This document shows, piece after piece, positions 28,105 to 37,703 of a stretch of DNA of 64,000 nucleotides. Numbering within the stretch: the stretch's first letter is position 1; every line of letters begins with the position of its first letter. The translations under genes were made by a program, and so were the position numbers. The stretch comes from a virus. The notes under the pieces are model-generated. The model saw only the letters and a program-made list of their open reading frames with translations. It was not told the origin of the DNA and searched no databases. The stretch covers positions 1-64,000 of IMG/VR virus record IMGVR_UViG_3300030616_000506; one strand, given 5' to 3'.

Positions 28105-28557
28105 ATGTTAGGAATACTAGCGATAATGATATTTTCAATAGTTTATGCAATATATTGTAAGATTAATGAAAAAATTGAAGCAAATATCTTCTCTAAGGTA
28201 TTTTGGCAATTTTTAATTGCGATACCAATAATATACCTTACTCTTGGTAATTTTAAATTAGATGATGTAGTATCATTAAGTTCAACTAATTGGATGTATA
28301 TAATAATCCTTGTATTATGTTGTAGTTTAGGAGCTTATCTATTTCTTGTAAAGAGTATAAAGACTATTGGTGCGGTAGCTACAGGTGCATTAGATTATCT
28401 AGAACCTATACTTGTAGTAATATTAGTGGTAGCTATATTTAGTGTAGGAATAAATCCGATGCAGTTAATTGGTTGGGGATTAATATTCTTTGCTCTAATA
28501 AACATCAAAAAGATAAGAAAAAAACTAGACTTAAATAAAAAATTATTAAAAGAGTAA
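28105..28557 (+). CDS. EamA/DMT transporter, C-terminal half
   Basis: AYLFLVKSIKTIGAVATGALDYLEPI and QLIGWGLI are typical EamA motifs. Confidence 0.8.
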   Translation: MLGILAIMIFSIVYAIYCKINEKIEANIFSKVFWQFLIAIPIIYLTLGNFKLDDVVSLSSTNWMYIIILVLCCSLGAYLFLVKSIKTIGAVATGALDYLEPILVVILVVAIFSVGINPMQLIGWGLIFFALINIKKIRKKLDLNKKLLKE

Positions 28558-28560
28558 AGT

Positions 28561-30273
28561 ATGTCTATATATGATGATTGGGATATAGATCCTGATGAAG
28601 AGTTAAGAGAAAGTAGAGGAAAGACTTATAAAGTTATTAGACCTTCTGGAACCTCTCGTAATATCCTATATGCTGCAGGTGTCCCAATTCATTTCATTTC
28701 TCCATCTGGTTATGGAGAGAATCCATCTGTTGAAGAGTTACAGGATATTGATAAAGAATTACATCTTGAGAGTACTCCATCTGGCTATGATTGGAGTCAT
28801 CATTGGACTACCTCAAGTAATAAATTTAAGATAGGGTTTAGAAGTGGAAATGTCTTATCTAAATTCCAAACTATAAGACCATATATAAATGATGATTATA
28901 GAATAGACTTTACACCTTATAAGGCATGGACAGGACCTTATATGGTTCTATTGCCAGTCTTCTTTAATTTCACAAGATTATCTGGTGCATCAAGAATAAT
29001 CCATAGACCTAGCTTTCCAGGAGGAAGTCCTGTATCTAGTCTAGTGGAATTGGATACTAGAGTAACTAATATTAGATCTAGAAGTTACTTTAAAATAAAT
29101 TGGTGGTTAACTGATCTTAGATATCAAGAAATCATAGAATTAACTGGATTTGAGATAGTTAATGACTTTGTTACATCTGGTAATGTAAAAGTATACACTC
29201 CTGATTCAAATGATAACTTTACAATTAGATTATCTAGTAATACTGATTACTCTGTTAAACTTGGGCATCCAAGATTTGAATCAGATACAAATTTATGTCC
29301 ACGCCAAGGAGTGACCCATAGATTATTTGAAGAGGCAGATGGTACAATAATATATGAAAAATCAACTACACCTTCAGGTAATGATTGGTTATTAACTCAA
29401 ACTCCACCTTATTACATTGATGCTGATACCTATTTGAATGATTCTAGAGATGGATGGGTTGGTTATACAGCAATTCATGCGGATCAACAAACTAGCTGGG
29501 ATAATTGTCATGATGCTACTACGGGTTCTACCACTGATGATGCAGGCACTGATTACTTTGATGCAGTTGAAGCTGTACAGAGTCAACCTAAAGATTGGCA
29601 AACTAATATTACAAGATCGTTTTTCTATTATTCCACCGAAGCAATTACTGCTGGATCTACAATAGTTTGGGCATCTGGAGTGTTCATTTTTGATGAAACT
29701 GTAGGTGGTGCTACAGTAGGATTTCAAGAAGGGACTCAAGCCACTCCCTTAACAACTGCAGATTACGATGCTTTTACTGGAGATGAAATAGGAACTAGAG
29801 GAGATACTCTTGGTGCAGGTGGTACAGAGCAGCAAATGGATATAGGATTCTATAATAGTGGATTCTCATGGATAAAGATGGGAGCTGGAGCTACTACAAA
29901 GATATGTATGAGAGAGGCTCCTCATGATATTGAAGATACACAGACTGGACCTTTTGATTATGATGCTCCATTTTATTATTCTGAGGGTACATCTCATCAA
30001 AGTATAAAAGTAGAATGGACTGCAGCTGCTGCAGTATCTACACACACATACTTCATTACTCCTCAATACTCTGGAACATCTCATGTTGCTCTAGGATGGA
30101 TATGGAATTCAGGTTGCTTTAATTCAGCATCAGGTATGAGATCAACATCATCTGATGGTGCTACATGGGAATGGGGAACTATAAGCTCAAGTCACTTATA
30201 TTTCTATCCAAGTGGAGGTCCAACTGGCTGGATTTGGGTTTCAGGAAGTTATCAAGGTGGAGGAGTTGCTTAA
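28561..30273 (+). CDS. Putative virion structural protein (beta-rich, SG-rich)
   Basis: 570 aa; composition and context only. Confidence 0.5.
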   Translation: MSIYDDWDIDPDEELRESRGKTYKVIRPSGTSRNILYAAGVPIHFISPSGYGENPSVEELQDIDKELHLESTPSGYDWSHHWTTSSNKFKIGFRSGNVLSKFQTIRPYINDDYRIDFTPYKAWTGPYMVLLPVFFNFTRLSGASRIIHRPSFPGGSPVSSLVELDTRVTNIRSRSYFKINWWLTDLRYQEIIELTGFEIVNDFVTSGNVKVYTPDSNDNFTIRLSSNTDYSVKLGHPRFESDTNLCPRQGVTHRLFEEADGTIIYEKSTTPSGNDWLLTQTPPYYIDADTYLNDSRDGWVGYTAIHADQQTSWDNCHDATTGSTTDDAGTDYFDAVEAVQSQPKDWQTNITRSFFYYSTEAITAGSTIVWASGVFIFDETVGGATVGFQEGTQATPLTTADYDAFTGDEIGTRGDTLGAGGTEQQMDIGFYNSGFSWIKMGAGATTKICMREAPHDIEDTQTGPFDYDAPFYYSEGTSHQSIKVEWTAAAAVSTHTYFITPQYSGTSHVALGWIWNSGCFNSASGMRSTSSDGATWEWGTISSSHLYFYPSGGPTGWIWVSGSYQGGGVA

Positions 30274-30818
30274 TGCCAGTTGAACAGACATTTAATATCA
30301 TATTAAGAAAATGTTCAAGATGTAATAAATATAAATCTTTAGATAATTTCTCAAATAAATCTTCCTCTAAAGATGGACTTAATTATAGATGTAAAACTTG
30401 TGATAAAGAATTATATGAAGATTGGTTTATTAAAAATAAAGAGAGACGTTTAGAATATTGGAGAAACTATGAACTTATTAATAAAAAAAAGAGATTAGAA
30501 AAAAATAGGAAATATATTAAGAAACATAAGAAAGATTTAAAAGAATATATGAAGAAATATAGAAAGACAAAAAGTGGAAAAAGAGCAATAATTAGAGGTG
30601 CTGCTAAACATGGAAGGAATCTTAAATTTATACCTATTATGGAAAATCCATTTCCTGAAGAGGTGGATATTCATTGGCATCACATTAATAAATTTTTAGT
30701 TATTCCATTGCCTGCAATAACACATAGAAAATGCCTTGGATTTAAACATAAGGAATATTGTAATAATAAAATTATAGATTTGTATGGAATAAATTTAAAT
30801 AAAATACTAGGAGATTAA
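30273..30818 (+). CDS. Putative homing-endonuclease-like protein (Zn-finger plus degenerate HNH)
   Basis: CSRC...F...KDGL...CKTC N-terminus, basic helix, WHHIN...H. Confidence 0.6.
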   Translation: MPVEQTFNIILRKCSRCNKYKSLDNFSNKSSSKDGLNYRCKTCDKELYEDWFIKNKERRLEYWRNYELINKKKRLEKNRKYIKKHKKDLKEYMKKYRKTKSGKRAIIRGAAKHGRNLKFIPIMENPFPEEVDIHWHHINKFLVIPLPAITHRKCLGFKHKEYCNNKIIDLYGINLNKILGD

Positions 30819-30820
30819 AT

Positions 30821-31114
30821 ATGGGATCTTACATCTGTGGGTTTTTTGATCATGATGGTACAGGAGATACTACTTGGTCTAAATTTGATTCAGCTATATA
30901 TGATTGTAGATGGATAGGTGAGTTACATCCAACATCTTTAGTAGTAACTACAACCGAAAGACATAAACCAACAATAAATATATCAGAAAGACTTAAATCA
31001 TCAATATCAAAGTCAGAAGTCAATAAATCTACAATAAATACCGATGAAAAACATAAATCTACTCAAAGTAAATCGCAACGTAATAATTCTTCTGTAGGTA
31101 CATCGGAAGGATAA
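30821..31114 (+). CDS. Hypothetical protein with repetitive Ser/Thr C-terminus
   Basis: GGAGA SD; roughly 10-aa repeats (ERHKPT/ERLKSS/EKHKST). Confidence 0.55.
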   Translation: MGSYICGFFDHDGTGDTTWSKFDSAIYDCRWIGELHPTSLVVTTTERHKPTINISERLKSSISKSEVNKSTINTDEKHKSTQSKSQRNNSSVGTSEG

Positions 31115-31158
31115 TGTAATAATATGTATAAAATAAATAATAAAAAGAAGAAATAAAT

Positions 31159-31473
31159 ATGTCGCTTACAAGCTATGAAAGAGGAACTACATTTCGTACT
31201 TATACTACATACACTTCAGGCTCTACAAATATAGATTGCTCCGGAAATATGGCATTCTTTACTATGTATAATCCAGATGGTTCAATAAATATGGGTCCAG
31301 TCTCTGGTCATCATATAGGTACTGGAGTCTATGAATACTTTGCATCTACTCAGACTACAGATGATCTTGGTATCTATGTGCTAGAATGGAAATCCTACTT
31401 CAATTATCAATTCCCTTGGTATTACTCACCAAAGTACGATAGAGAAGCTGTGCACATATGTCATGTAAAGTAG
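31159..31473 (+). CDS. Small Ig-like beta-sandwich virion protein
   Basis: YERGTT, YNPDGS, TGVYEY and G.Y..EW pattern. Confidence 0.55.
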   Translation: MSLTSYERGTTFRTYTTYTSGSTNIDCSGNMAFFTMYNPDGSINMGPVSGHHIGTGVYEYFASTQTTDDLGIYVLEWKSYFNYQFPWYYSPKYDREAVHICHVK

Positions 31474-31529
31474 TAATTTATGTTAAAATTAATGTTTAAA
31501 TTTATTTATTATTAAAATATTAGATTAAA

Positions 31530-34500
31530 ATGAGCTCTCTCGGAAAATTAACGGTCTATGTAGATGCTAACATAAAGGGATTTACTTCCCAAATGGGTAA
31601 ACTTAGAACTGAAGTTCAAAAGATGAACAAAACCATAACTAAAGAAGCTACAAAGGGTGCTGGTAAAAGTAAAAACTTATTTGGTGATCCAAGAGATGCA
31701 GCAGCATATGCAGAAAAGGTTAGGGCATCTTTACAAAAAATCTTAGGACCATTATATCAAGTTAAAAATACCGTTAGAGAAGTGGATGGTCAATTTAAGG
31801 TAGGAGGAGCATCCATAACTAAATCAGCCCAAAGAATGGGAACCGGTATAGCATCTGGTGCTAAAACTGGAATGGCTGGATTATTATCTTTAAGATCCTT
31901 TATGGCTAAAATAGTTCACTATATTACCTTCAGTATAGGTGTACAGTTAGTTATGGGAATTAGACAAGCATTCTCATCTCTTATAGAAACATTTTCTGAA
32001 TATGAGAGAGCCATTACAAATGCCGTAACTGTATCGGGATATCTAGGATCAGCCTTTGAAGAAGTTAAGGATAGAGTATCTGATCTAGCTGAAACTTTAA
32101 GCAAAAAGACCGTATATAGCTCTTTAGAGGTAGCTAAGGCTTTTTACAGTATAGCATCAGCAGGTTATGATATATCTAAAATAACTGAACAAGAAGTTAT
32201 ACCCATACTAAATTATGCTGCAGCAACTCAAGCTGAACTCGATACCGCTACACAAGCAGTATTAACAACCATTAAAGCATTTAATCTAACTCTAGAAGAT
32301 ACCGCTAGAGTTACGGATGTATTTGTATCCGCAATTACATCATCATTTTTGACCATGGATAAGCTAAGGGAAGCCATGAAATATGTAGCTCCAATAGCGG
32401 GTACCTTAGGAGTATCAGTAGAAGAAACAGTAGGAGCAGTAGCAGCATTAGCTAATGTTGGTATGGAAGGTGGACAAGCTGGACAACGTTTAAATATGGT
32501 TCTAACTAAGTTACTAAAACCAACTGATAGAGCAAGAACTATGTTTGAGAGTATGGGGCTAACCATGCAAGATTTAGATCCTAATATACATTCCATAGTT
32601 GATATTTTATATAAATTACAAGCAGCAAACTTTGGTGCTGCAGAAGCTGCAACTATGTTTAGAGCAAGAACAGCAGGTGCAGCAGTAGTATTAGTGGAAA
32701 ATGCAGATTCGATAGCTAGAATGATAACTCAATATAAATTAGCTTTAGGAGTTACGGAAGCAGTAGCTCAAGCTCAAGAAGAAACTTTATGGGGAACTCT
32801 AAAGAAAACTGCAGATGAAATGCAGAGAATAGCAATAAATATAGGAGAGCAGCTAGCTCCATCAATAGAAAATATATTAACAAGTTTATTAAGTACATTT
32901 GAACCTCTGCTCTTAGGTTTAGGTAGCACTCTAAATAGTATATTCACTACTTTAACAGGTACATTTAATCAATTAAAGCCTCTAATACAGGGAATGGTTA
33001 ATGGTGTTGTTACTTTAGTTAATTCATTTTTATCTTTGTATAATATTATAAAGCCTATTTTACCAGTAATAATTATGTATTTCGTCATAATGAAAAGTTT
33101 AAAATTAATATTATGGGCTGTTGCTAAGGCTACAGTATTTTACTATAAAGTATTACTTCCATTAGCTAAATTCATAAGGATGTTAGTTACTTATAAGAAG
33201 ACATATGTAGGTGTCTCTCTTATGCTACATAAAGCTGTATTAGCTGAATCAGTAGCTAACGTTCAGGCAGCTGGATCTCAAGCTGTTTTAACTGGCTCAA
33301 CAGTTGCTTTAACAGGTGCTATAAAATCTCTAACTGCAGCTTTATTAACGAATCCTTTAACTTGGTTTGCTGTAGCTATAGGTGCAGTGGTTGCAGCATT
33401 TGCTGTGTTTGGAAGAGGTCAGCAAAAAATATCTAGATATGTTAGATCTTCAAGTGAAGAGATGGCTATTCAGATGGGAATAATGGAAGATACTGATAGT
33501 GTATTATTAAAATCTACTAAAAATATGAGAAAATTCTGGGGAGCTATGTCTGAATTATACTTTGAAAATAAGGAGGATCCTTGGTCCGCTATAAATATTG
33601 GAAAGTTTGCAGAGGATATGAAAATAACAGAAAAAGATCTTAGAGAGGTTTATAAAAGATTAATGGATGATACTGAAGAATATATAGGTATAAATAAAAA
33701 AGAATTAAGAGAAGCTCTAGAAACTTGGGGTAATATAGAATCAATTGAAGGTGTTGGAGCAATAATGAAAAATATAAGTAAGGAAACAGTAGAATATGTC
33801 AATAATTTAATAGCATCTGCAACTAAGAATAAAGAAAAATTAAGAGCTGTAGTAGATTTATCGGATGAATATATAGGATATCAAGTAGCTATAGAAAATG
33901 CTATACAAGCAGATAAAGATGAGAAAGTAGCATTGGATGCTCTAAATGATGCATATCTTAATAATGCAGATAGTTTAGATATATTAATAGAAAAAACTGA
34001 AGAATATGAAGCAGCTAAAGCAAAATCAACTAAAACTGATGAGTTGTTATTAACAGCCGTTAAAGATTTGTTAACTGGTATAAGATCCTATTCTGAAGAT
34101 TTATCGGGTGATGAGCCAGGAGGTAATCTAGATGAATGGGTAGGAATATTAGAAGATGCATCAGCAAAAACATTTGAATTATCTGAAAAACAGGCTAGAC
34201 AAACTATAATAATGAGAGATCAAAAAAATGCAGCTGTGGAATTATCTAGAGCTATTCTACAATATGGATCAAGTTCAGATGAAGCAGCTTCTGCACAAGA
34301 GCGTTTAAATACTCTAATAGAAGCTAGTGCTAGTCTTACTACTGAAATAGCTGAAATACAATCAGTAATAAATACAAACACTAGTTTATATAATGCAGTA
34401 TTGAAGGATAGAGTAGATGATACTCAATTATTGACTGATACAGAGAAATTATTATTACAAGATGCAAACAATATCATAAATATTAGAGATAAATCTATAA

Positions 34501-37500
34501 AGGCTGAGATAAAATATAATAAAGCTTTAGCTCAACAAAATGTTTTGGATAATATCAGAGAAAGTCACTCTACTATATTAGAAGAAAAGATGAGAATTTA
34601 CCTAGAAGCTCAACAAAAAATATTTGATATAGAAGAGAAACTATATAAATTAAGAGTTAATGAAGATGAACAAATGGAGGGATTATTTGATAAATTAGCT
34701 GAGCAAGGTCAGTTAACTGAAGAGATGATAAAAATGTATTCTGATATAGAAGAGGCTCAAGGAGCTATATTAGAAATTGAATATGACCATACTAGAGCTT
34801 TCGATGCTTTAACTGAATCTCAACAAGAAGTTGTTAAGGCATATTATAGGGGAGAAGTTGGTTTAGATGCATTAAGAGCTGCAGGTATAGATAATATAGA
34901 TATATTTGAAATATATAAACAAAGACAACAAGACTTAAAGGATGCTACAGATGCTTTTAGGGAAGCAATAATACCATTAGTTTCTGATTTAAAGGATATA
35001 GGAGCTATAACAGCTGAGACAGCACAAGCTTATTATGATATTATAGATAATGCTCTTGAAGTAGCTCAGGCTAATTTTGATATGTTAGAGAGTCAAAATG
35101 CTATAGTTGATAGTTGGAATGGTATGATAGACACTAATTCTATGTTAGCATTATCATTAATGGATAATGCAGACTCAGCATCTAGTGTTATAGATGTGTA
35201 TGACGAATTTTTAAATAAATTAGGAGTTACTAGACAGGAAGCATCTTCTACCATGGGATCCTTAGGAGCTCTTAGTGATGAAGAATTAATAGTTGGAGCT
35301 ACTCTAATACAAGCAGCTAAAAGTATAGGAGTTTATGAAGAAGGAATGTCTATAGCTGAATTAAAAAATAAACTAATGATTAAGTCCTTAGAAGATCTTA
35401 ATAATATAGCTACAGTAAGTCTTTCATCTATGGAACCTTATTATGAAATTGCTGATGCTGTTGGTGAATTAAAGACAGCTTTTGATTTAGCTAAGGATGC
35501 ATTACTAGACTTAACAGCTCAATTACAGGTATTTCTTGGTCTTACTAGTGAAGATATGTTTGAATTTTCAGTTGGATTTAATTTTAAAGAAGTTTTAGAG
35601 AGAGGATTCAAGGGAAATTTGGAAGCGTTACTAGATTTTGCAAAAGGGAAGGGATATGAGTTTTCATTTGATATTGCTAGTCAATGGGAAGGAGAAGATT
35701 GGAAGTCATTTATAGATGCAATAGATGATAATTATATGCCTGCACTTGAGGGAATACTAGAGGATGTATCTCCTGAAATAGATATAAATACTGAATGGGA
35801 TGGAAACGAATGGAAATCTTGGTATAGTAATTTAAGTAGTACCAAGAAAAATCAAATAAATAGAGCATTTGATAATTTTATATATAAATTTGAAGTTGGA
35901 ACATTATGGGATGGTACAGATTATGTTTCTTGGTATAATAGTTTATCATCAGATAAACAAACCGCTATAAAAACTATAATTGGGAATATGGGAGGAGATA
36001 TAAAAAATATAACAAAATGGGATAATGAAGATTGGGATAATTTTTTAAATACACTTCTTCCACAACATGAACTTGCTATCCAAGAATTAATGGATGCTTG
36101 GGATTTAACTTTTAATATACAACCAAATTTTGAAGAACCGAAAAAACCTGAGGAACCATTTAAGGATGTAGTAGTACTTCCAGATACACCTACTGGTAGT
36201 ATTGGATTATCAAAGGGTCAGACTGTAATTAGTCCAGATAAAGTAAAAATAATTCCAGATACACCTACTGGTAGTATTGGATTAGCTCCTGGTGATATAG
36301 TTGTAGATCGTGGAACTGTAGAAAAAGCAAATGCAGGAAACATAACTTTACCTCCAGGTATTCGTAATATTATAGAGAAAAGTCCATTAGGACATCTATT
36401 AAAACTTCAATCAGGTGGAATTATAACCAAACAACAACTTGCATTAATTGGAGAAAAAGGACCAGAAGCAATAATTCCTCTAACTGGTTCTAATAAAAAA
36501 GAAGGAGAGAAGATATTAGCTTCTATAATACCTGAATTTTTCCCAATAGTTCATGAAAAATTACCTACTTTACCACCAGGATCTAATATAGATCCCAGAG
36601 ATTGGTATGGAAACTCACTACCCCCTAAACCTTATTCTGGGTTCAATAAGGATGATTATGAATTCAATAAACTAGATTTATGGATTCAGGCTGAAGAAAA
36701 TTTAGGCAAATTAAATGATAGCTTAAAGAAAAGAGGAGTAAGTGAAGAAACTATTGCTAGATTAGCTCCTATAGCTGCTGATAAGTTTAAAGGAAAAATA
36801 GGAGACTCATCTAAAGAACTTGAATTTGCAATTGATTGGGTTATTCAAAATGAAAAGAAATCAGCTTTAGAAAAGATAAATATAGAAAAAACTGCTGCCG
36901 AAAGTGTATCTATCTCACTATCAGATTCTACCAATATGTTAACATCATCCTTTAATGATGTACTATCAGATTTTAGTGAAACATCCTTAACTGCATCTCA
37001 AAATTGGATACAATCAGTTCTAAAAAGCTCTGGGGATTGGCTAAGTTATATAAACACAACTTCACAAAACTGGTATGAATCAGTAGGAAATTCAGCTATC
37101 TCTCTTTATAATTACATTATTTCTTCATCAGACCAATTTAATACCCTATTAACTTCTACTGGAGGAGTATTCTCATCTCAAGTTTTATCAGCTAGTGTTG
37201 TATTATTATCTCATGCCACTATAGCTAGTGGATTGATAGTTGCAGCAGCTACTGAATTAATGAGAAAAATAAATGCTGCTAGCATCAATATTAACGTGCA
37301 ACATTCTCATGTGTTCTCTTATTATTATTATACCTTTGGTTGGGCTAAGGGAGGTATAGTACCCGGTCTACAAAAAGGAGATATAGTTAAGGGATCTCAA
37401 ATAATTGAAGTTGGAGAAAAAGGTGCAGAAGCTATAGTGCCATTAACGGGTACAAATAAGAAATTTGGTGAGAAAATATTACAAACAATAATACCTAAAT

Positions 37501-37703
37501 ATTATCCTGATTTATTTTTACAAGCTCAAACGGGGGGTCTCTTTGGTGGAGCCACTGGAGGTAGTGTTACTTATGGTGGTGATACTAATTATGTTGATGA
37601 GTATAATATAATGGGCCCCATAACAGTTACAGGAGTTCAAGACGTAAAAGGATTTATGGATAATTTAAAGATGAGAGCAAGGGCTACAGGAGCTAGAAAG
37701 TAA
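31530..37703 (+). CDS. Tail tape measure protein (TP901-type core)
   Basis: EAMKYVAPIAGTLGVSVEET...LANVGMEGGQAG; long helical region; two IGEKGPEAIIPL-type motifs. Confidence 0.95.
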   Translation: MSSLGKLTVYVDANIKGFTSQMGKLRTEVQKMNKTITKEATKGAGKSKNLFGDPRDAAAYAEKVRASLQKILGPLYQVKNTVREVDGQFKVGGASITKSAQRMGTGIASGAKTGMAGLLSLRSFMAKIVHYITFSIGVQLVMGIRQAFSSLIETFSEYERAITNAVTVSGYLGSAFEEVKDRVSDLAETLSKKTVYSSLEVAKAFYSIASAGYDISKITEQEVIPILNYAAATQAELDTATQAVLTTIKAFNLTLEDTARVTDVFVSAITSSFLTMDKLREAMKYVAPIAGTLGVSVEETVGAVAALANVGMEGGQAGQRLNMVLTKLLKPTDRARTMFESMGLTMQDLDPNIHSIVDILYKLQAANFGAAEAATMFRARTAGAAVVLVENADSIARMITQYKLALGVTEAVAQAQEETLWGTLKKTADEMQRIAINIGEQLAPSIENILTSLLSTFEPLLLGLGSTLNSIFTTLTGTFNQLKPLIQGMVNGVVTLVNSFLSLYNIIKPILPVIIMYFVIMKSLKLILWAVAKATVFYYKVLLPLAKFIRMLVTYKKTYVGVSLMLHKAVLAESVANVQAAGSQAVLTGSTVALTGAIKSLTAALLTNPLTWFAVAIGAVVAAFAVFGRGQQKISRYVRSSSEEMAIQMGIMEDTDSVLLKSTKNMRKFWGAMSELYFENKEDPWSAINIGKFAEDMKITEKDLREVYKRLMDDTEEYIGINKKELREALETWGNIESIEGVGAIMKNISKETVEYVNNLIASATKNKEKLRAVVDLSDEYIGYQVAIENAIQADKDEKVALDALNDAYLNNADSLDILIEKTEEYEAAKAKSTKTDELLLTAVKDLLTGIRSYSEDLSGDEPGGNLDEWVGILEDASAKTFELSEKQARQTIIMRDQKNAAVELSRAILQYGSSSDEAASAQERLNTLIEASASLTTEIAEIQSVINTNTSLYNAVLKDRVDDTQLLTDTEKLLLQDANNIINIRDKSIKAEIKYNKALAQQNVLDNIRESHSTILEEKMRIYLEAQQKIFDIEEKLYKLRVNEDEQMEGLFDKLAEQGQLTEEMIKMYSDIEEAQGAILEIEYDHTRAFDALTESQQEVVKAYYRGEVGLDALRAAGIDNIDIFEIYKQRQQDLKDATDAFREAIIPLVSDLKDIGAITAETAQAYYDIIDNALEVAQANFDMLESQNAIVDSWNGMIDTNSMLALSLMDNADSASSVIDVYDEFLNKLGVTRQEASSTMGSLGALSDEELIVGATLIQAAKSIGVYEEGMSIAELKNKLMIKSLEDLNNIATVSLSSMEPYYEIADAVGELKTAFDLAKDALLDLTAQLQVFLGLTSEDMFEFSVGFNFKEVLERGFKGNLEALLDFAKGKGYEFSFDIASQWEGEDWKSFIDAIDDNYMPALEGILEDVSPEIDINTEWDGNEWKSWYSNLSSTKKNQINRAFDNFIYKFEVGTLWDGTDYVSWYNSLSSDKQTAIKTIIGNMGGDIKNITKWDNEDWDNFLNTLLPQHELAIQELMDAWDLTFNIQPNFEEPKKPEEPFKDVVVLPDTPTGSIGLSKGQTVISPDKVKIIPDTPTGSIGLAPGDIVVDRGTVEKANAGNITLPPGIRNIIEKSPLGHLLKLQSGGIITKQQLALIGEKGPEAIIPLTGSNKKEGEKILASIIPEFFPIVHEKLPTLPPGSNIDPRDWYGNSLPPKPYSGFNKDDYEFNKLDLWIQAEENLGKLNDSLKKRGVSEETIARLAPIAADKFKGKIGDSSKELEFAIDWVIQNEKKSALEKINIEKTAAESVSISLSDSTNMLTSSFNDVLSDFSETSLTASQNWIQSVLKSSGDWLSYINTTSQNWYESVGNSAISLYNYIISSSDQFNTLLTSTGGVFSSQVLSASVVLLSHATIASGLIVAAATELMRKINAASININVQHSHVFSYYYYTFGWAKGGIVPGLQKGDIVKGSQIIEVGEKGAEAIVPLTGTNKKFGEKILQTIIPKYYPDLFLQAQTGGLFGGATGGSVTYGGDTNYVDEYNIMGPITVTGVQDVKGFMDNLKMRARATGARK
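36178..36284 (+). repeat. Perfect 32-bp direct repeat inside the TMP gene (75-bp period)
   Basis: TTCCAGATACACCTACTGGTAGTATTGGATTA at 36178-36209 and 36253-36284 (PDTPTGSIGL twice). Confidence 0.9.

Noticed and set aside
20878-32596. Short alternative-frame and antisense ORFs inside the giant gene, ligase, 570-aa gene and TMP
   Set aside because: Fully nested in long coding regions, with no SD or motif support.
36178-36284. CRISPR mini-array (32-bp repeat, 43-bp spacer)
   Set aside because: Only two copies, in frame within TMP and encoding a peptide repeat; not palindromic; no cas genes.
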